A model generated the notes under the pieces. The model was not told the origin of the DNA and ran no database searches. It saw nothing but the letters and a program-made list of their open reading frames with translations. Shown piece after piece: positions 63,446 through 64,000 of a stretch of 64,000 bases of DNA (the first letter of the stretch is position 1; each line of letters starts with the position of its first letter). Made by a program: the position numbers and the translations under genes. The DNA is from Lama guanicoe. Lineage: Eukaryota. The DNA lies in assembly GCA_013239625.1 (NCBI GenBank), contig MU054187.1, positions 6,521,757 to 6,585,756 on the forward strand. Direction: 5' to 3'.

Positions 63446-64000
63446 GAGCCAACCTGTTCACTGCCTCAGTTTTCCTATTATATTTCATAGGATATACTTC
63501 TCAAACTGTCATCTGAGAAATGGGTATGGCATTTGCTATTTTGTTTAATGTCAAAATAATAATTTCAGTAAGATCTGGTGGCTAGCTTCACAAAGAATCT
63601 CTTTTCCCGACAGGTTCTGCACCTGCGCATCCCGAGAATATCTCACAGCCCCTCACTGGGAGAGCCGTTCCAGCCAGGCTGCCGCAGGGCTCCCTCCCCT
63701 CCAAGTGGGCCTGGGGATTCAGCCCTGCGGCCCACTCCCTGTGCTGACTCTCTCTGTCCCTTCTGACTCCCCCTCTTCATGTCCCAGCTCACCCAGTAGC
63801 AGAGGGCTCTGTAAGATAGCTAAGAAAGCCTAAAAGTGGGGGACAAAGAAAGGGAAGAGTGAGAGGAGAACTCCCGTGGCCAGAGATGGGATGCCCCTGC
63901 CCCCTTCTCTGGGATCTCTAGTCCCAGGGGGAGGGGCATGGGGACAAAAGGAGGACTGGAGCAGGGCGGCCAGCCCCTGTCCCTGCTCTGCCTTCCTTTC

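Noticed and set aside
1..64000. CRISPR array, prokaryotic defence system, operon or viral gag/pol/env genes
   Set aside because: The window is spliced mammalian DNA; I saw no regularly spaced repeat-spacer array and no retroviral coding region, only solo LTRs.
60988..64000. Penultimate ASPH exon
   Set aside because: I could not recognise further ASPH coding sequence; it presumably lies beyond the window end.

Overview
Mammalian genomic DNA, probably from a camelid (inferred from two Vic-1-like tRNA-derived SINEs). The + strand carries the last four coding exons of CLVS1 (clavesin-1; CRAL-TRIO/Sec14-like protein ending in the clathrin-box LLALD) at 838-1012, 39866-39976, 43268-43503 and 57028-57115. 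All four have canonical splice sites and consistent reading phase. The - strand carries the terminal coding exon of ASPH (aspartyl/asparaginyl beta-hydroxylase) at 60987-60837. The two genes converge, and the poly(A) signals suggest their long 3'UTRs overlap by about 1 kb. The rest is intronic sequence with ordinary mammalian repeats (L1, L2, CR1/L3, MIR, MER5, MER20, Charlie1, Tigger1/2 derivatives, MLT1, solo LTRs, microsatellites) and two N gaps flanked by a 1.4-kb near-identical duplication that looks like an assembly artefact. Almost all of the supplied ORF track is spurious. I did not find a convincing novel biological system. The best leads are the sense/antisense UTR overlap, two candidate truncating CLVS1 splice outcomes, a 162-bp tandem duplication, nested SINE/L1 insertions and CLEAR-like E-boxes in DNA-transposon remnants. 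Repeat family names come from recognition by eye, not from a database search, and repeat boundaries are approximate.
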